Source: Deltaproteobacteria bacterium
GTDB lineage: Bacteria; Myxococcota; Kuafuiibacteriia; Kuafuiibacteriales; Kuafuiibacteriaceae
Length of the DNA: 64,000 bases
Assembly (NCBI GenBank): GCA_040218735.1
Contig: JAVJQW010000011.1
Location: 384,001 to 448,000 of the forward strand
Reading direction: 5' to 3'
Made by a program: the position numbers and the translations under genes. Shown here piece by piece: positions 1 through 8,986 of the stretch. The notes below the pieces were generated by a model. The model was not told the origin of the DNA, did not search any database, and worked only from the letters and a program-made list of their open reading frames with translations. Position 1 is the first letter of the stretch; each line of letters starts with the position of its first letter.

Positions 1-148
1 TGCGGACGCGTCGTGGGGTGGCTCGCCCACGTCTTCGAACAGCGCTCCGTCGGTCGACTCATCCGTCCGAAGTCACGCTACGTGGGCCCCGCCGCGCGCT
101 GAATCCACCACTTGCGACGCCCACGGTCGGCGACGCAAGATCGCGTGG

Positions 149-1528
149 GTGCGCCGGCACTGGAGCATCATCGTCATCGCGGTCGCCTTCGGTTGCGGTG
201 AGCGCGCGAAGCTCCGCATCGAGCTCCCCGAGCGCATGGACGGCGAGCTCACGCTCTTCGTCGGTCACAGCGACGAGCTCGAGAGCGGCGCCCTCGTCTT
301 CGACCTCCGCGATCCGAATCCACCCGAGCTCGCCGTCGAGGTCGAAGAGGGCGGCGACATCGAGCTGGGTTTCATCCGGCAGAGCCTCGAGACGCTCGCG
401 CGCGCGCCCGGGCGGGTCGTCCTCGAAAAGGACGCGACCGGCGCCACCTACTCGGGCGCTCGGTACTTCACCACCCCGGTGGTCCGGGACGCCTCGGTCG
501 CGGCCGACGAGTGGACGCCCAGCGCCGTCCTCCCCGAAGTCCTCGCGCGCGTCCCTCCCCCACCGAACCCGATCGTGTGCCGGCGCGTCGCGCTCTCGAC
601 CTCCGTGGACACGGGTGTCGTCGGCTTCGCGAGCCTCGCCGTCAACTCACCCGCGACCGTCCTCGTCGTGAGCGAAGAGAGCGGCATCGTCGAGGTGACC
701 GCCGAGCGCGCACGCCCCGCGACCGAGCTCGCGCAGGCGCCGTCGCACTTCGTCTGGGCCGACGACGGTGTGGCCTGGACGATCGACGACCAGGCGCGCG
801 TCGCCGCCATCGAGACCTCGACGGCGGGGTACGTTTGGCGCCTCGTCGACACCGCGACCCTGGCGATCGGCCAGGCGACCCACCTGGTCGTCGGGCGCGA
901 CAGCGACGACCGCCTCCAGATCGCGGCGATGACGGAGTCGAGCGAGGTGCTCATCACGAGGGAGGGTGATGCGGCCTGGCTGCGGTGGCCCTTCGTCGGT
1001 GACGCCGACTCGTCGACGGTGGACTTCGACCTGATGTGGGTCGGCTCCGGCGCGCTCCTCGTCGCGACCGGGCTGAACAATCCGGTGCGCCTCGAGCGCG
1101 TCGGCGACGCCATCATCGAGACGCCGCTCGGCGTCGAGGGCCCGGACGTCCTCGACTTCCTCCGGTCGTTCAGCTTCGCGCGCTCGTCGATCGGGCTCCA
1201 CATGCTCTCGTCGGGTGCGATCCTCACCCGCCCGATGAAGATGCAGGGTGAGCTGTTCCTCCCCGACCGCCCGGCGTTCCGGCTGGCCGCTACCAGCGTC
1301 GCCATCGATGCGTTCGACGACGGGAGCCTGCTCTACGCGACGCGCGGCTTCCTCGTCGGGATCGACGCCAGCGACGGCTGCGTCGAGCCGGAGAACTTCG
1401 AGACCGGAGCGCTGCGGTACCCGACCATCATCGACGAGGACCACGGCGTGATCCTCGACCACGGGTTCGGAGACGCCACGAGCTCCGTCATGTTCCTCGA
1501 CTTCTTCGAGGGCCCACCGAGAGGCTGA
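149..1528 (+). CDS. Hypothetical lipoprotein, probable beta-propeller C-terminal region
   Basis: 459-aa ORF; signal peptide with lipobox-like AFGC; short beta-strand repeats in the C-terminal two thirds; stop is 2 nt before the next ATG. Confidence 0.65.
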   Translation: MRRHWSIIVIAVAFGCGERAKLRIELPERMDGELTLFVGHSDELESGALVFDLRDPNPPELAVEVEEGGDIELGFIRQSLETLARAPGRVVLEKDATGATYSGARYFTTPVVRDASVAADEWTPSAVLPEVLARVPPPPNPIVCRRVALSTSVDTGVVGFASLAVNSPATVLVVSEESGIVEVTAERARPATELAQAPSHFVWADDGVAWTIDDQARVAAIETSTAGYVWRLVDTATLAIGQATHLVVGRDSDDRLQIAAMTESSEVLITREGDAAWLRWPFVGDADSSTVDFDLMWVGSGALLVATGLNNPVRLERVGDAIIETPLGVEGPDVLDFLRSFSFARSSIGLHMLSSGAILTRPMKMQGELFLPDRPAFRLAATSVAIDAFDDGSLLYATRGFLVGIDASDGCVEPENFETGALRYPTIIDEDHGVILDHGFGDATSSVMFLDFFEGPPRG

Positions 1529-1530
1529 CC

Positions 1531-1944
1531 ATGTCCTGTGTGTTCTGCGAGATCATCGCGGGCCAGCTACCCGCTGCGATCGTCTTCGAGGACGACGAGA
1601 CGATCGCGTTCCTCGACAAGAGCCCGGTGTTCATCGGCCACGTGCTGGTGACGCCGAAGGTGCACCACGAGACGCTGACCGACGTCCCCACCGAGCTCCT
1701 CACGCCGCTCTTCGTGCGGGTTCAGACGATCGCCCGCGCTGTCGAGGCGGGCCTCGAAGCGCAGGGCACCTTCGTCGCGATGAACAACCGCATCAGCCAG
1801 AGTGTCCCGCACCTGCACGTGCACGTCGTACCGCGCCGAAAGAAGGACGGGCTCCGCGGCTTCTTCTGGCCGCGCACCAAGTACACGGGCGAGGCGCAGA
1901 TGCACGAAGTCGCCGCTCGGATCCGCGACGCGCTCAATCCCTGA
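1531..1944 (+). CDS. HIT (histidine triad) family nucleotide hydrolase
   Basis: N-terminal CVFC, GHVLV and the HLHVHVVP triad. Confidence 0.95.
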   Translation: MSCVFCEIIAGQLPAAIVFEDDETIAFLDKSPVFIGHVLVTPKVHHETLTDVPTELLTPLFVRVQTIARAVEAGLEAQGTFVAMNNRISQSVPHLHVHVVPRRKKDGLRGFFWPRTKYTGEAQMHEVAARIRDALNP

Positions 1945-3220
1945 CGACGCGTAGGTTCGGGAAGTACGTCGTGAGGATGTCCTCGGCGGACTGACCGGCT
2001 TCCGCGCGCGCTGCGGCGCCGGTTTGGCAGAGCCCGACGCCGTGACCGAGCCCGACGCCCACCAGCTTGAAGTCTCGTCCGCGCCTCCGCGCTACGAAGC
2101 GTGGCGACAGGATGTGGTCCCAACCGATGCGGCGGCCGAGCACTCGATGCACCTTGGCACCCTTCACCCGCTTCGTGCCCTTGTTGTCCCCGATGCGCCA
2201 CGACTGCCCGTCGCGTGAGCCCGACAACCGCAACGTCTTCGCGTCGAGCGAGCGGTCTACCGCGCCCGCCAACGCCCGCGCGAGGTCGACGTCCGAGACC
2301 CGGTGGCTCCACCGGTGGTAGCGGCTGCCCCGGCACCAGTCGCGTCCCTCGTCGTCGACGTCTGCGACGCCGATGATGTCTTCGTTCGTCCCCGGCCACA
2401 CCCGCGACGCTGAGAGCGTCTGACCGCCGCACGTGCTGTGGAAGTAGGACGGCGCAACTTCGCCTGCGCCATCCACGAGGTACGCGCCGGCGGTGCTGTT
2501 CGCGGCGGAGGGACCCTCGGCGTCGGGCGGCTGCCCGCGGTAGACCTGGCAGTGCGGCGAGTCGCACAGCGAAGCTTCGTGGTGCCGCGGGTCGCCCATC
2601 GCGTGCATCGCGAACGTCCTGGTCACGATGGCCTGCGCGCGCTGCGCTTCGTACGGGGCGCGCGGGTGCTCGGACCGCACCACGGAGTCGATGTAACGCT
2701 CGAGATCGAGGTACGCGACGACCGAGATGCCGTCGCCGCGCACCTCCATCCGGAGGCGTCGTCCGATGCGGCGCTTCGCGCGGCGCCCCGCTACGACGGC
2801 GGGCGAGCGACACGACAGCTCGAAGCGCTGACGTTTCTCGCAGCGCCCCTCGTTGTCGGCTTCGTCGGTGAACGGGCAGAGGCGGAGCGTGAGGCCGACG
2901 CGATCGACCTGCTGCACGTCGAACGCGCCGAGGCGTCGGTCGGCCTCGCGGACGCGGCACTCCCCCTCCAGGATCCGGACGCGGCGTGAGCGTGGCTGCC
3001 GGAACAGCGCGACGTCGACCCACACGCGGCGGTCCTTCTCCAGAGACTCGACGACCGGCACGGGTTCGTCGGTGAGGAGGACCGCGACGGTCACCACGAC
3101 GAGCATCAGGGCGACGCCCGCCGATACCCAGACGACCGGACGCTCGAAGAAGTCGAGCCGAAGAAACCAATCCCGCACGCGGCCTTGGAGCGTTGTCCCC
3201 TGCGGTTCGTTCGACCGCAA
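1934..3220 (-). CDS. SpoIID/LytB-domain lytic transglycosylase-like protein, membrane anchored
   Basis: ERYIDSVVRSE, AQAIVTRTFA, CQVY, FHSTCGG and GHGVGLCQTGA motifs; N-terminal TM helix; start uncertain. Confidence 0.88.
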   Translation of the reverse strand: MRSNEPQGTTLQGRVRDWFLRLDFFERPVVWVSAGVALMLVVVTVAVLLTDEPVPVVESLEKDRRVWVDVALFRQPRSRRVRILEGECRVREADRRLGAFDVQQVDRVGLTLRLCPFTDEADNEGRCEKRQRFELSCRSPAVVAGRRAKRRIGRRLRMEVRGDGISVVAYLDLERYIDSVVRSEHPRAPYEAQRAQAIVTRTFAMHAMGDPRHHEASLCDSPHCQVYRGQPPDAEGPSAANSTAGAYLVDGAGEVAPSYFHSTCGGQTLSASRVWPGTNEDIIGVADVDDEGRDWCRGSRYHRWSHRVSDVDLARALAGAVDRSLDAKTLRLSGSRDGQSWRIGDNKGTKRVKGAKVHRVLGRRIGWDHILSPRFVARRRGRDFKLVGVGLGHGVGLCQTGAAARAEAGQSAEDILTTYFPNLRVVRD

Positions 3221-3247
3221 GAAAGATCGCCGGTATCAAGGCGCCCG

Positions 3248-4741
3248 ATGCCCTACGACTACATCGTGGTCGGCGGCGGGACGGCGGGTTGCGTCGTCGC
3301 CGCGCGCCTCGCGCAGAACGACCGTCGGCGTGTGCTCCTCGTGGAAGCCGGACCGACCGACGAGGCCAACCCGAAGATCCTCACGCTCTCGCGCTGGCAG
3401 GAGCTGCTCGAGACCGAGCTCGACTACGACTACCGCATCGAGCCGCAACCCCACGGCAACGATCACATCCGTCACAGCCGCGGGAAGATGCTCGGCGGCT
3501 GCTCCTCGCACAACTCGGCGATTGCGTTCATCCCGCCCGACATCGACTTCGATCGATGGGCCGACGAAGGCGCGAGCGGGTGGTCGGCGCAGGAAGTGTC
3601 GCGGTTCTTCGATCGCGTGCAGACCCGCGTGAACCTCGAGAAGAGCGCGTCGAAGAACGCGTGTGTCGAAGCGTTCCTCGAGTCGTGCGCGGCGGCGGGG
3701 TACGGGCGCGCGGACTTCGCGCGACCGTTTGCCGTCGGTGCGGACTGGTTCCGCCTCAACAAGACCGGTGCGCGGCGCGCGTCGTCTTCGGTCGCGTACC
3801 TCCACCCTACACAAAACCTCGGCGACAACCTGGAGATCCTCACCGACACCCGCGTGGAGCGCCTGGTCTTCGACGGCGCGCGGGCGGTGGGCATCGAGAC
3901 GGCGGCCGGTCGCTTCGAGGCGAGCGAATCGATCGTGCTGTGCGCGGGTGCCTTCGATACGCCGAAGCTCCTCATGCGATCCGGCGTCGGTCCTGCGGAC
4001 CACCTGCGTTCCGTCGGCGTCGAGGTGCTGCACGATCGGCCCGGCGTCGGTTCGAACCTGCTCGACCACCCGGAGGGCGTGATGATCTGGGGTGCGTCGC
4101 GGCCGGTCCCCGCGCGGACCGCGCAGCGGTACGAGGCCGGGCTGTTCGTCCGCGTCGATGACGACGCCCCGTGGCCGGACTTGATGTTCCACTTCGGCAC
4201 CGAGGCGTTCGACATGCAGACGAAGCGCGCGGGGTACGCGACGTCCGACAACGCCTTCTCCCTCACCCCCAACGTGACGCGCGCGCGCAGCGCGGGGACG
4301 GTGCGGCTACGAGACGCCGGCGTCGAGACGCCGCCGCGCATCGACTTCGCCTACTTCGCCGACCCGTACGACGAGCGCATCATGACCGCCGCGGCCGAGA
4401 TCGCGCGGGACGTCGTCAGACACCGACCGCTCGCCGATTGGGTCGACCGAGAGCTCGCCCCGGGCACGGACCTGACGGACCGTGCGTCGCTGTCGGAGTA
4501 CCTGCGAAGGACGGCGAACACCGTCTACCACCCCGCCGGGACGTGCCGGATGGGGCAGGACGGTTCGTGCGTCGTCGACCCCACGCTCGCGGTGACCGGG
4601 CTCGACGGCCTGCGCATCGCGGACGCCTCCGTGTTCCCGAGCCACGTCAGCGTCAACCCGTGTCTCACCGTGATGATGATCGGCGAGCGCTGCGCCGACT
4701 TCCTGATCTTTTCCGAAACGGATCGCGAGGCTCGGACGTAG
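3248..4741 (+). CDS. GMC oxidoreductase, choline oxidase-like
   Basis: GGGTAG FAD motif, RGKMLGGCSSHNS, NLLDHPE, TVYHPAGTCRMG and ADASVFP. Confidence 0.9.
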   Translation: MPYDYIVVGGGTAGCVVAARLAQNDRRRVLLVEAGPTDEANPKILTLSRWQELLETELDYDYRIEPQPHGNDHIRHSRGKMLGGCSSHNSAIAFIPPDIDFDRWADEGASGWSAQEVSRFFDRVQTRVNLEKSASKNACVEAFLESCAAAGYGRADFARPFAVGADWFRLNKTGARRASSSVAYLHPTQNLGDNLEILTDTRVERLVFDGARAVGIETAAGRFEASESIVLCAGAFDTPKLLMRSGVGPADHLRSVGVEVLHDRPGVGSNLLDHPEGVMIWGASRPVPARTAQRYEAGLFVRVDDDAPWPDLMFHFGTEAFDMQTKRAGYATSDNAFSLTPNVTRARSAGTVRLRDAGVETPPRIDFAYFADPYDERIMTAAAEIARDVVRHRPLADWVDRELAPGTDLTDRASLSEYLRRTANTVYHPAGTCRMGQDGSCVVDPTLAVTGLDGLRIADASVFPSHVSVNPCLTVMMIGERCADFLIFSETDREART

Positions 4742-4749
4742 AGATCAAC

Positions 4750-4911
4750 ATGGACCACGAAGCGTTCGTTCGATTGATCCTCGAACCGATCGACGTCGAC
4801 GAGTCCAAGGACGAGCCCATCCTCCTCGTCGAAGCCGTCGATGACGGTGAGGCGGAAGCGTCCCCCGAAGCGAAGAACGCCGAAGACGACCCCTGGGTCC
4901 ACCTCGTCTAG
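4750..4911 (+). CDS. Small acidic hypothetical protein (53 aa)
   Basis: ATG 8 nt after the GMC stop; GC-rich third codon positions; MDHEAFVRLILEPIDV...DPWVHLV. Confidence 0.5.
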   Translation: MDHEAFVRLILEPIDVDESKDEPILLVEAVDDGEAEASPEAKNAEDDPWVHLV

Positions 4912-4958
4912 GAGCGTTTATGTCGGATAGCTGGGGCGGGAGTGCCCAGGAACGCCCC

Positions 4959-5825
4959 CTACAACTCCACGCGCTCCCAGGCGGGAACGAACAGGTAGGC
5001 GAGGACGTGCCACCACGACGTCGGCTGAGCGACCTCGGGCTCCGGCTCGGGGGCCGGCGGCGTCCACGCGACGCTGGGGACGGAGATCGGCTTCGCCGAC
5101 CGCTCCGAGGCGCCGAGGCTCTCGAGGTACCGCATCCACTCGCGCTCGACGGCGCCCGCGATTCCTTTCAAACGAACGCCGATGCCGGTGGGGATGGTGT
5201 AGGCGCGCGAGCGGTTGGCGTCGACGACGTGGACGACCTCGCCTGTGAGCCGCAGCAACCCGTTGGCGCGCTCGATCTGGAGCTCCAACAGCGTCCCGAG
5301 GGGCGGCGGCTGCCGAGCTTCGAGGAACATGCCGCCCTTGGAGATGTCGCGCATCGTGGCGACGCGCGGCTCGGCCTCGCCGTCGAGACGCACGAGGATC
5401 CGCTGCCGCGTCACGTACCGGCGGTGGCGGCGCGGGCGGTCTTCGACCCACTCGGAGGGCTCGAGGTCCTGCGTCGCCGTCGGCGTCCACAGCGGGTGGT
5501 TGATCTCCGCCCACTCCTCGAGCTCGTCCGGGACGTACAGCCACGTGTCACCAATGCGCACCTGGTCGCCGCGCTCGAGCGCGATGCGCCCCTCCACGCG
5601 TCGGTCGCCGAGGTAGCTCCCGTGTTTGCTTCCGAGGTCCTCGAACCAGACCGTGCCGTCCTCCAACCACATCTGCGCGTGGCGGTCGCTGATGCGCGGG
5701 TCCCAGCCGAACTCACACGCGGCCGTACGCCCGCGTCGTCCCAGAGTGACCGTGCTCTCCTCGCCCAAGAGGAAGACCGCTTCCCCGATCGCGGGGTGCC
5801 GAACGAAGACCTTCATCGCAACCAT
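4959..5825 (-). CDS. FHA-PilZ domain protein
   Basis: FHA motifs LGR, SDRHA, DLGSKHGS; PilZ motifs RRHRR and DISKGG. Confidence 0.85.
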   Translation of the reverse strand: MVAMKVFVRHPAIGEAVFLLGEESTVTLGRRGRTAACEFGWDPRISDRHAQMWLEDGTVWFEDLGSKHGSYLGDRRVEGRIALERGDQVRIGDTWLYVPDELEEWAEINHPLWTPTATQDLEPSEWVEDRPRRHRRYVTRQRILVRLDGEAEPRVATMRDISKGGMFLEARQPPPLGTLLELQIERANGLLRLTGEVVHVVDANRSRAYTIPTGIGVRLKGIAGAVEREWMRYLESLGASERSAKPISVPSVAWTPPAPEPEPEVAQPTSWWHVLAYLFVPAWERVEL

Positions 5826-5936
5826 TCGAGTTCGGCTCGACCGCCTTGAACTGAAACGGCATTGCCTCGATTCGAGTCATTGGCGGGCGGGTCATGCCTC
5901 AACTCGGCCCAGCCCAGGCCGTACCTCTACGATGAG

Positions 5937-6389
5937 ATGCAGACGAAATCCCACCTCGGCACCCTGGGCCTCCTCATTCTCTTCACGGCGCCCGCCTTCG
6001 CCGAGACGCCCGCGCCGACCGAGGGCCCCACCGCAGCTGCGCTCCCCACGGTGACGCCGCGTGCCTATCGTCGCCTCACCGGACGCCTCGTGACTCGCGT
6101 CGTGCGCCAGCACCGGCGCTCGATCGGTCGCTGCTACAACCGCTCCCTCAAACGCGACCAGCGCCTTTCCGGCCGACTCGACGTGCTCGTCACGGTGAAG
6201 CCGGACGGACACGTGAAGGCCGTGCAGCTCGCGACGAAACAGTTCGCCGGGTCGCCGCTGGCGACGTGCATCGAGCGTTCGATTTCGGCGTGGCGGTTCC
6301 CGGCGTTCGCGGGCGACGCCGCGCAAGACGTGTTGCTGCCGTTCAGCCTGCGGCCGCCCAAAGCGCGCGCCAAGATCGCGTCGCGCTAG
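5937..6389 (+). CDS. Secreted AgmX/PglI C-terminal (TonB-C-like) domain protein
   Basis: Signal peptide ending AFA; IGRCYNRSLK..LSGRL, CIERSISAWRFP and LPF pattern. Confidence 0.8.
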   Translation: MQTKSHLGTLGLLILFTAPAFAETPAPTEGPTAAALPTVTPRAYRRLTGRLVTRVVRQHRRSIGRCYNRSLKRDQRLSGRLDVLVTVKPDGHVKAVQLATKQFAGSPLATCIERSISAWRFPAFAGDAAQDVLLPFSLRPPKARAKIASR

Positions 6390-6397
6390 GGACGCAA

Positions 6398-6961
6398 TCA
6401 GATCTCGGCGCGGCTGGAGACGATGCGGCTGATGAGCCCGAAGTCGAGGGCCTCGTTCGGGTCCATCCAGTTGTCGCGATCGGTCGCCTTGGCGACCTCG
6501 TCCAGCGGACGCCCGGTCTCCTGGGCGTAGAGCTGGTTGATCTTCTCCTTGGTGCGCACGATGTCGCGCGCGTGGATCTCGATCTCCGACGCGGAGCCGG
6601 TGAGCATCCCGGAGATCAGCGGCTGGTGGATGAGGAACTTGCTGTTCGGGAACGCGAGGCGGTTCTTCTTCTCGGCGCACAGCGCGATCAGCGAGCCCAT
6701 GCTCGCCGCGAGCCCCGTCACCACCGTGATGACCTCGGGCTGGATGAACTTCGCGGTGTCGAAGATCGCGAAGCCGGAGCTCACCTCGCCGCCCGGGCTG
6801 TTGATGAAGAGGTAGACCGGACGCTCGGAGTCGTCGCGCTCGAGCGCGAGGAGCATCTTGTTGACGTCGTGCGCGAGCTTGGCGCCGACGGGCCCGGAGA
6901 TCTGAACGATCCGGCTCTCGAAGAGCTTGTGATCGAGTGGATTGAAGAACGGGAACTCCAT
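6398..6961 (-). CDS. clpP: ATP-dependent Clp protease proteolytic subunit
   Basis: INSPGG, GLAASMGS (catalytic Ser), IHQP (His), DRDNWM..EA..FGLI. Confidence 0.95.
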   Translation of the reverse strand: MEFPFFNPLDHKLFESRIVQISGPVGAKLAHDVNKMLLALERDDSERPVYLFINSPGGEVSSGFAIFDTAKFIQPEVITVVTGLAASMGSLIALCAEKKNRLAFPNSKFLIHQPLISGMLTGSASEIEIHARDIVRTKEKINQLYAQETGRPLDEVAKATDRDNWMDPNEALDFGLISRIVSSRAEI

Positions 6962-7144
6962 GTTGAAAAAAAGGCTACCACGACTCCCGGCGACCGTTCA
7001 GTGCACATGACACCTCCGGACGCGCCGAAATCACGTTGGGACACGGGACCTTGCGAACCAGCGCGGGGCGGACGGGTCCGCGCGCGCGCGCCGAGGTGTG
7101 CAGTCCACCGCACGATCGCCGCACGACCTCACCACGGCCGGTCC

Positions 7145-7160
7145 CGGCACCGAAGTTGCG
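7145..7160 (+). promoter_or_regulatory. Putative sigma54 -24/-12 promoter
   Basis: CGGCACCGAAGTTGCG, GG-N10-GC; -12 C at 7159, ATG at 7174. Confidence 0.6.
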
Positions 7161-7173
7161 ACGGGGCTCCGCC

Positions 7174-7674
7174 ATGCGAACCACGCTCCTCACCGCCGCC
7201 CTCCTCTTCTGTAGCGCCACCGCCCTCGCGTCCGGTGAGCAGGTCATCGTCGATGGGAACGGGAAGGTCGTCGTCCGCGACGGCCAGGGGAAGAAGGTCG
7301 TCGTCGATGGCAGCGGCGTCTTCCTCGACGACGGCGCCGACGAGGTCTCGGTCCAAAGCGCACCCGCCCACGCCCGAGTCTGTCGTGCCGGCGACAGCTG
7401 CAAGCTGACTTGCCCCGAAGGGCGCTGCGCCTTCGTCTGCGAAGCCGAGTCGACGTGCAACGTAGGTTGCCCCGGCGGCCGCTGCGCGCAAACTTGCCGC
7501 GCGGGCGCGAGCTGCACCTTCACCTGCGAAGGAGCGCGCTGTAACCAGACTGCGGAGAAGAACGCGAAGGCGCGGCTCCTCTGCCCGGGCGGACGCTGCA
7601 AGCAAACTTGCGCGAAGGGGAAGGCGTGCAAGACACGTTGCCTCGGCGGCCGATGCAAGACGACGCGCCGCTGA
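7174..7674 (+). CDS. Secreted Cys-rich protein with five 19-aa repeats
   Basis: Signal peptide MRTTLLTAALLFCSATALA; repeats C-x5-C-x3-C-x4-C. Confidence 0.8.
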   Translation: MRTTLLTAALLFCSATALASGEQVIVDGNGKVVVRDGQGKKVVVDGSGVFLDDGADEVSVQSAPAHARVCRAGDSCKLTCPEGRCAFVCEAESTCNVGCPGGRCAQTCRAGASCTFTCEGARCNQTAEKNAKARLLCPGGRCKQTCAKGKACKTRCLGGRCKTTRR

Positions 7675-7708
7675 GCATCGGCGTGAGCCCATCGCTCGAC
7701 GGCAGAGA

Positions 7709-7850
7709 CAAACGCGGCTCCGCTCTCGATCCTCACGGATCGCAGGGAGCCTTCGATGAAACGAGAGTTGATCGAGCAACGAGCTGACGAGCCATCCGAA
7801 CCGCCGAAACTTCGATCGAGCACTAATGTACTCGACTGCGCCGCGTTTTG
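7709..7850. other. Structured intergenic element between convergent genes (candidate ncRNA or repeat)
   Basis: Closing stem AAACGCGGC/GCCGCGTTT encloses several hairpins (CGATCC-TCAC-GGATCG; TCGAGCAC-TAAT-GTACTCGA). Confidence 0.4.
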
Positions 7851-7856
7851 CACACC

Positions 7857-8909
7857 CTACGACGCGGGTCGCACTTCGATGAACACGAGCTCCGGTCGAC
7901 AGAGGAAGCGGAGTCGAGGCGCGGGACCACGTTCGAGTCCAACACCGCGCGCGACGATCAGCGTGCGTCCGTCGTCGAAGCGCGTGACACCCGACGCCCA
8001 CGCGCGCGGCACCTTCGACAACGTCACGATCGGGCCCACGAACGGAAGCTGCACCTGCCCGCCGTGCGTGTGCCCCGCGAGCATCAAGTCCGCCGGCACA
8101 TCACCGAGCGCGAAGTCCGGACCGTGACCGAACGCCACGAGGAAGCGATCGGATGGCGTGATCTGGAGGCGATCGTCGAACGAGTCGGAGAACGACAACG
8201 CGGCGACCTCGACCTCGGCGTCCACCGCGTACCGCGTCGTCGGTTCGCGCGCGCGAATCGATGTGCCGTCGAACAGCGTCGTCCAGTGATCGGGCGCGTC
8301 GACGTTGCCGCGCACCGCGAACTGCCCGAGCGGCGCATCGATCGCCACTGCGCGCAGCATCGCGTTGAGCCGCTTCATCGTCTCCAAGTAGGACGGCCAG
8401 TCGTCGGCGTGCGCGTAATCCCCCGCGTACACGACGAGGTCGGGCTTCGCCGCCGCCACCCGCTCCAACGCGCGTCGCTCGTAGTCGGTGGGGCCATCCG
8501 TCTGCACGTCGGCGACGAGCGCGATGCGAATCGGCCGCGTGACCTTCGACGACTCGATGGTCACCGTCCGCACCTCGAGCGCCGTCGGCTCCACGAGGAA
8601 CGCGTCGACACCAATGCCCACCACGACCACGACACACGCGACGCTCACCGCAGCGCGCCGCCGCGCGGTGGTCCGGAGGCGCCACGCCGCCACCGCGCCC
8701 CACACCGGCAGGTGCAGGAAGATCACGTACGCGAGCAGCCGCATCGCGGTGAACATGGCGTCCGTCACACTGTAGACGACGGCCCCCTGCGCGATCGGCG
8801 CGGCGATCAGCGCTGCCGCACCGAGCAACACCGCGCCCCGCGCGAACAGATACGGTCGAGGGACGAGATCCGCGCGCAGGAACAACGCCGCACCGATGGC
8901 CGCGAGCAC
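7857..8909 (-). CDS. Membrane-bound calcineurin-like metallophosphoesterase
   Basis: N-terminal TM helices; ADVQ, GDY, GNVD, GH and GHTHGGQ motifs; real start is far inside the 555-aa track ORF and is approximate. Confidence 0.85.
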   Translation of the reverse strand: MLAAIGAALFLRADLVPRPYLFARGAVLLGAAALIAAPIAQGAVVYSVTDAMFTAMRLLAYVIFLHLPVWGAVAAWRLRTTARRRAAVSVACVVVVVGIGVDAFLVEPTALEVRTVTIESSKVTRPIRIALVADVQTDGPTDYERRALERVAAAKPDLVVYAGDYAHADDWPSYLETMKRLNAMLRAVAIDAPLGQFAVRGNVDAPDHWTTLFDGTSIRAREPTTRYAVDAEVEVAALSFSDSFDDRLQITPSDRFLVAFGHGPDFALGDVPADLMLAGHTHGGQVQLPFVGPIVTLSKVPRAWASGVTRFDDGRTLIVARGVGLERGPAPRLRFLCRPELVFIEVRPAS

Positions 8910-8986
8910 CAGGTTGTAGAAGACGTCGACCAGAGGCTCATTCCCAAACAGAAGCGACCCTTCGAGTAAACGTGTAGGATGGTCGC

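Noticed and set aside
7776-7840. Active hammerhead ribozyme
   Set aside because: Core words are present but stems II and III barely pair; kept only as a low-confidence finding
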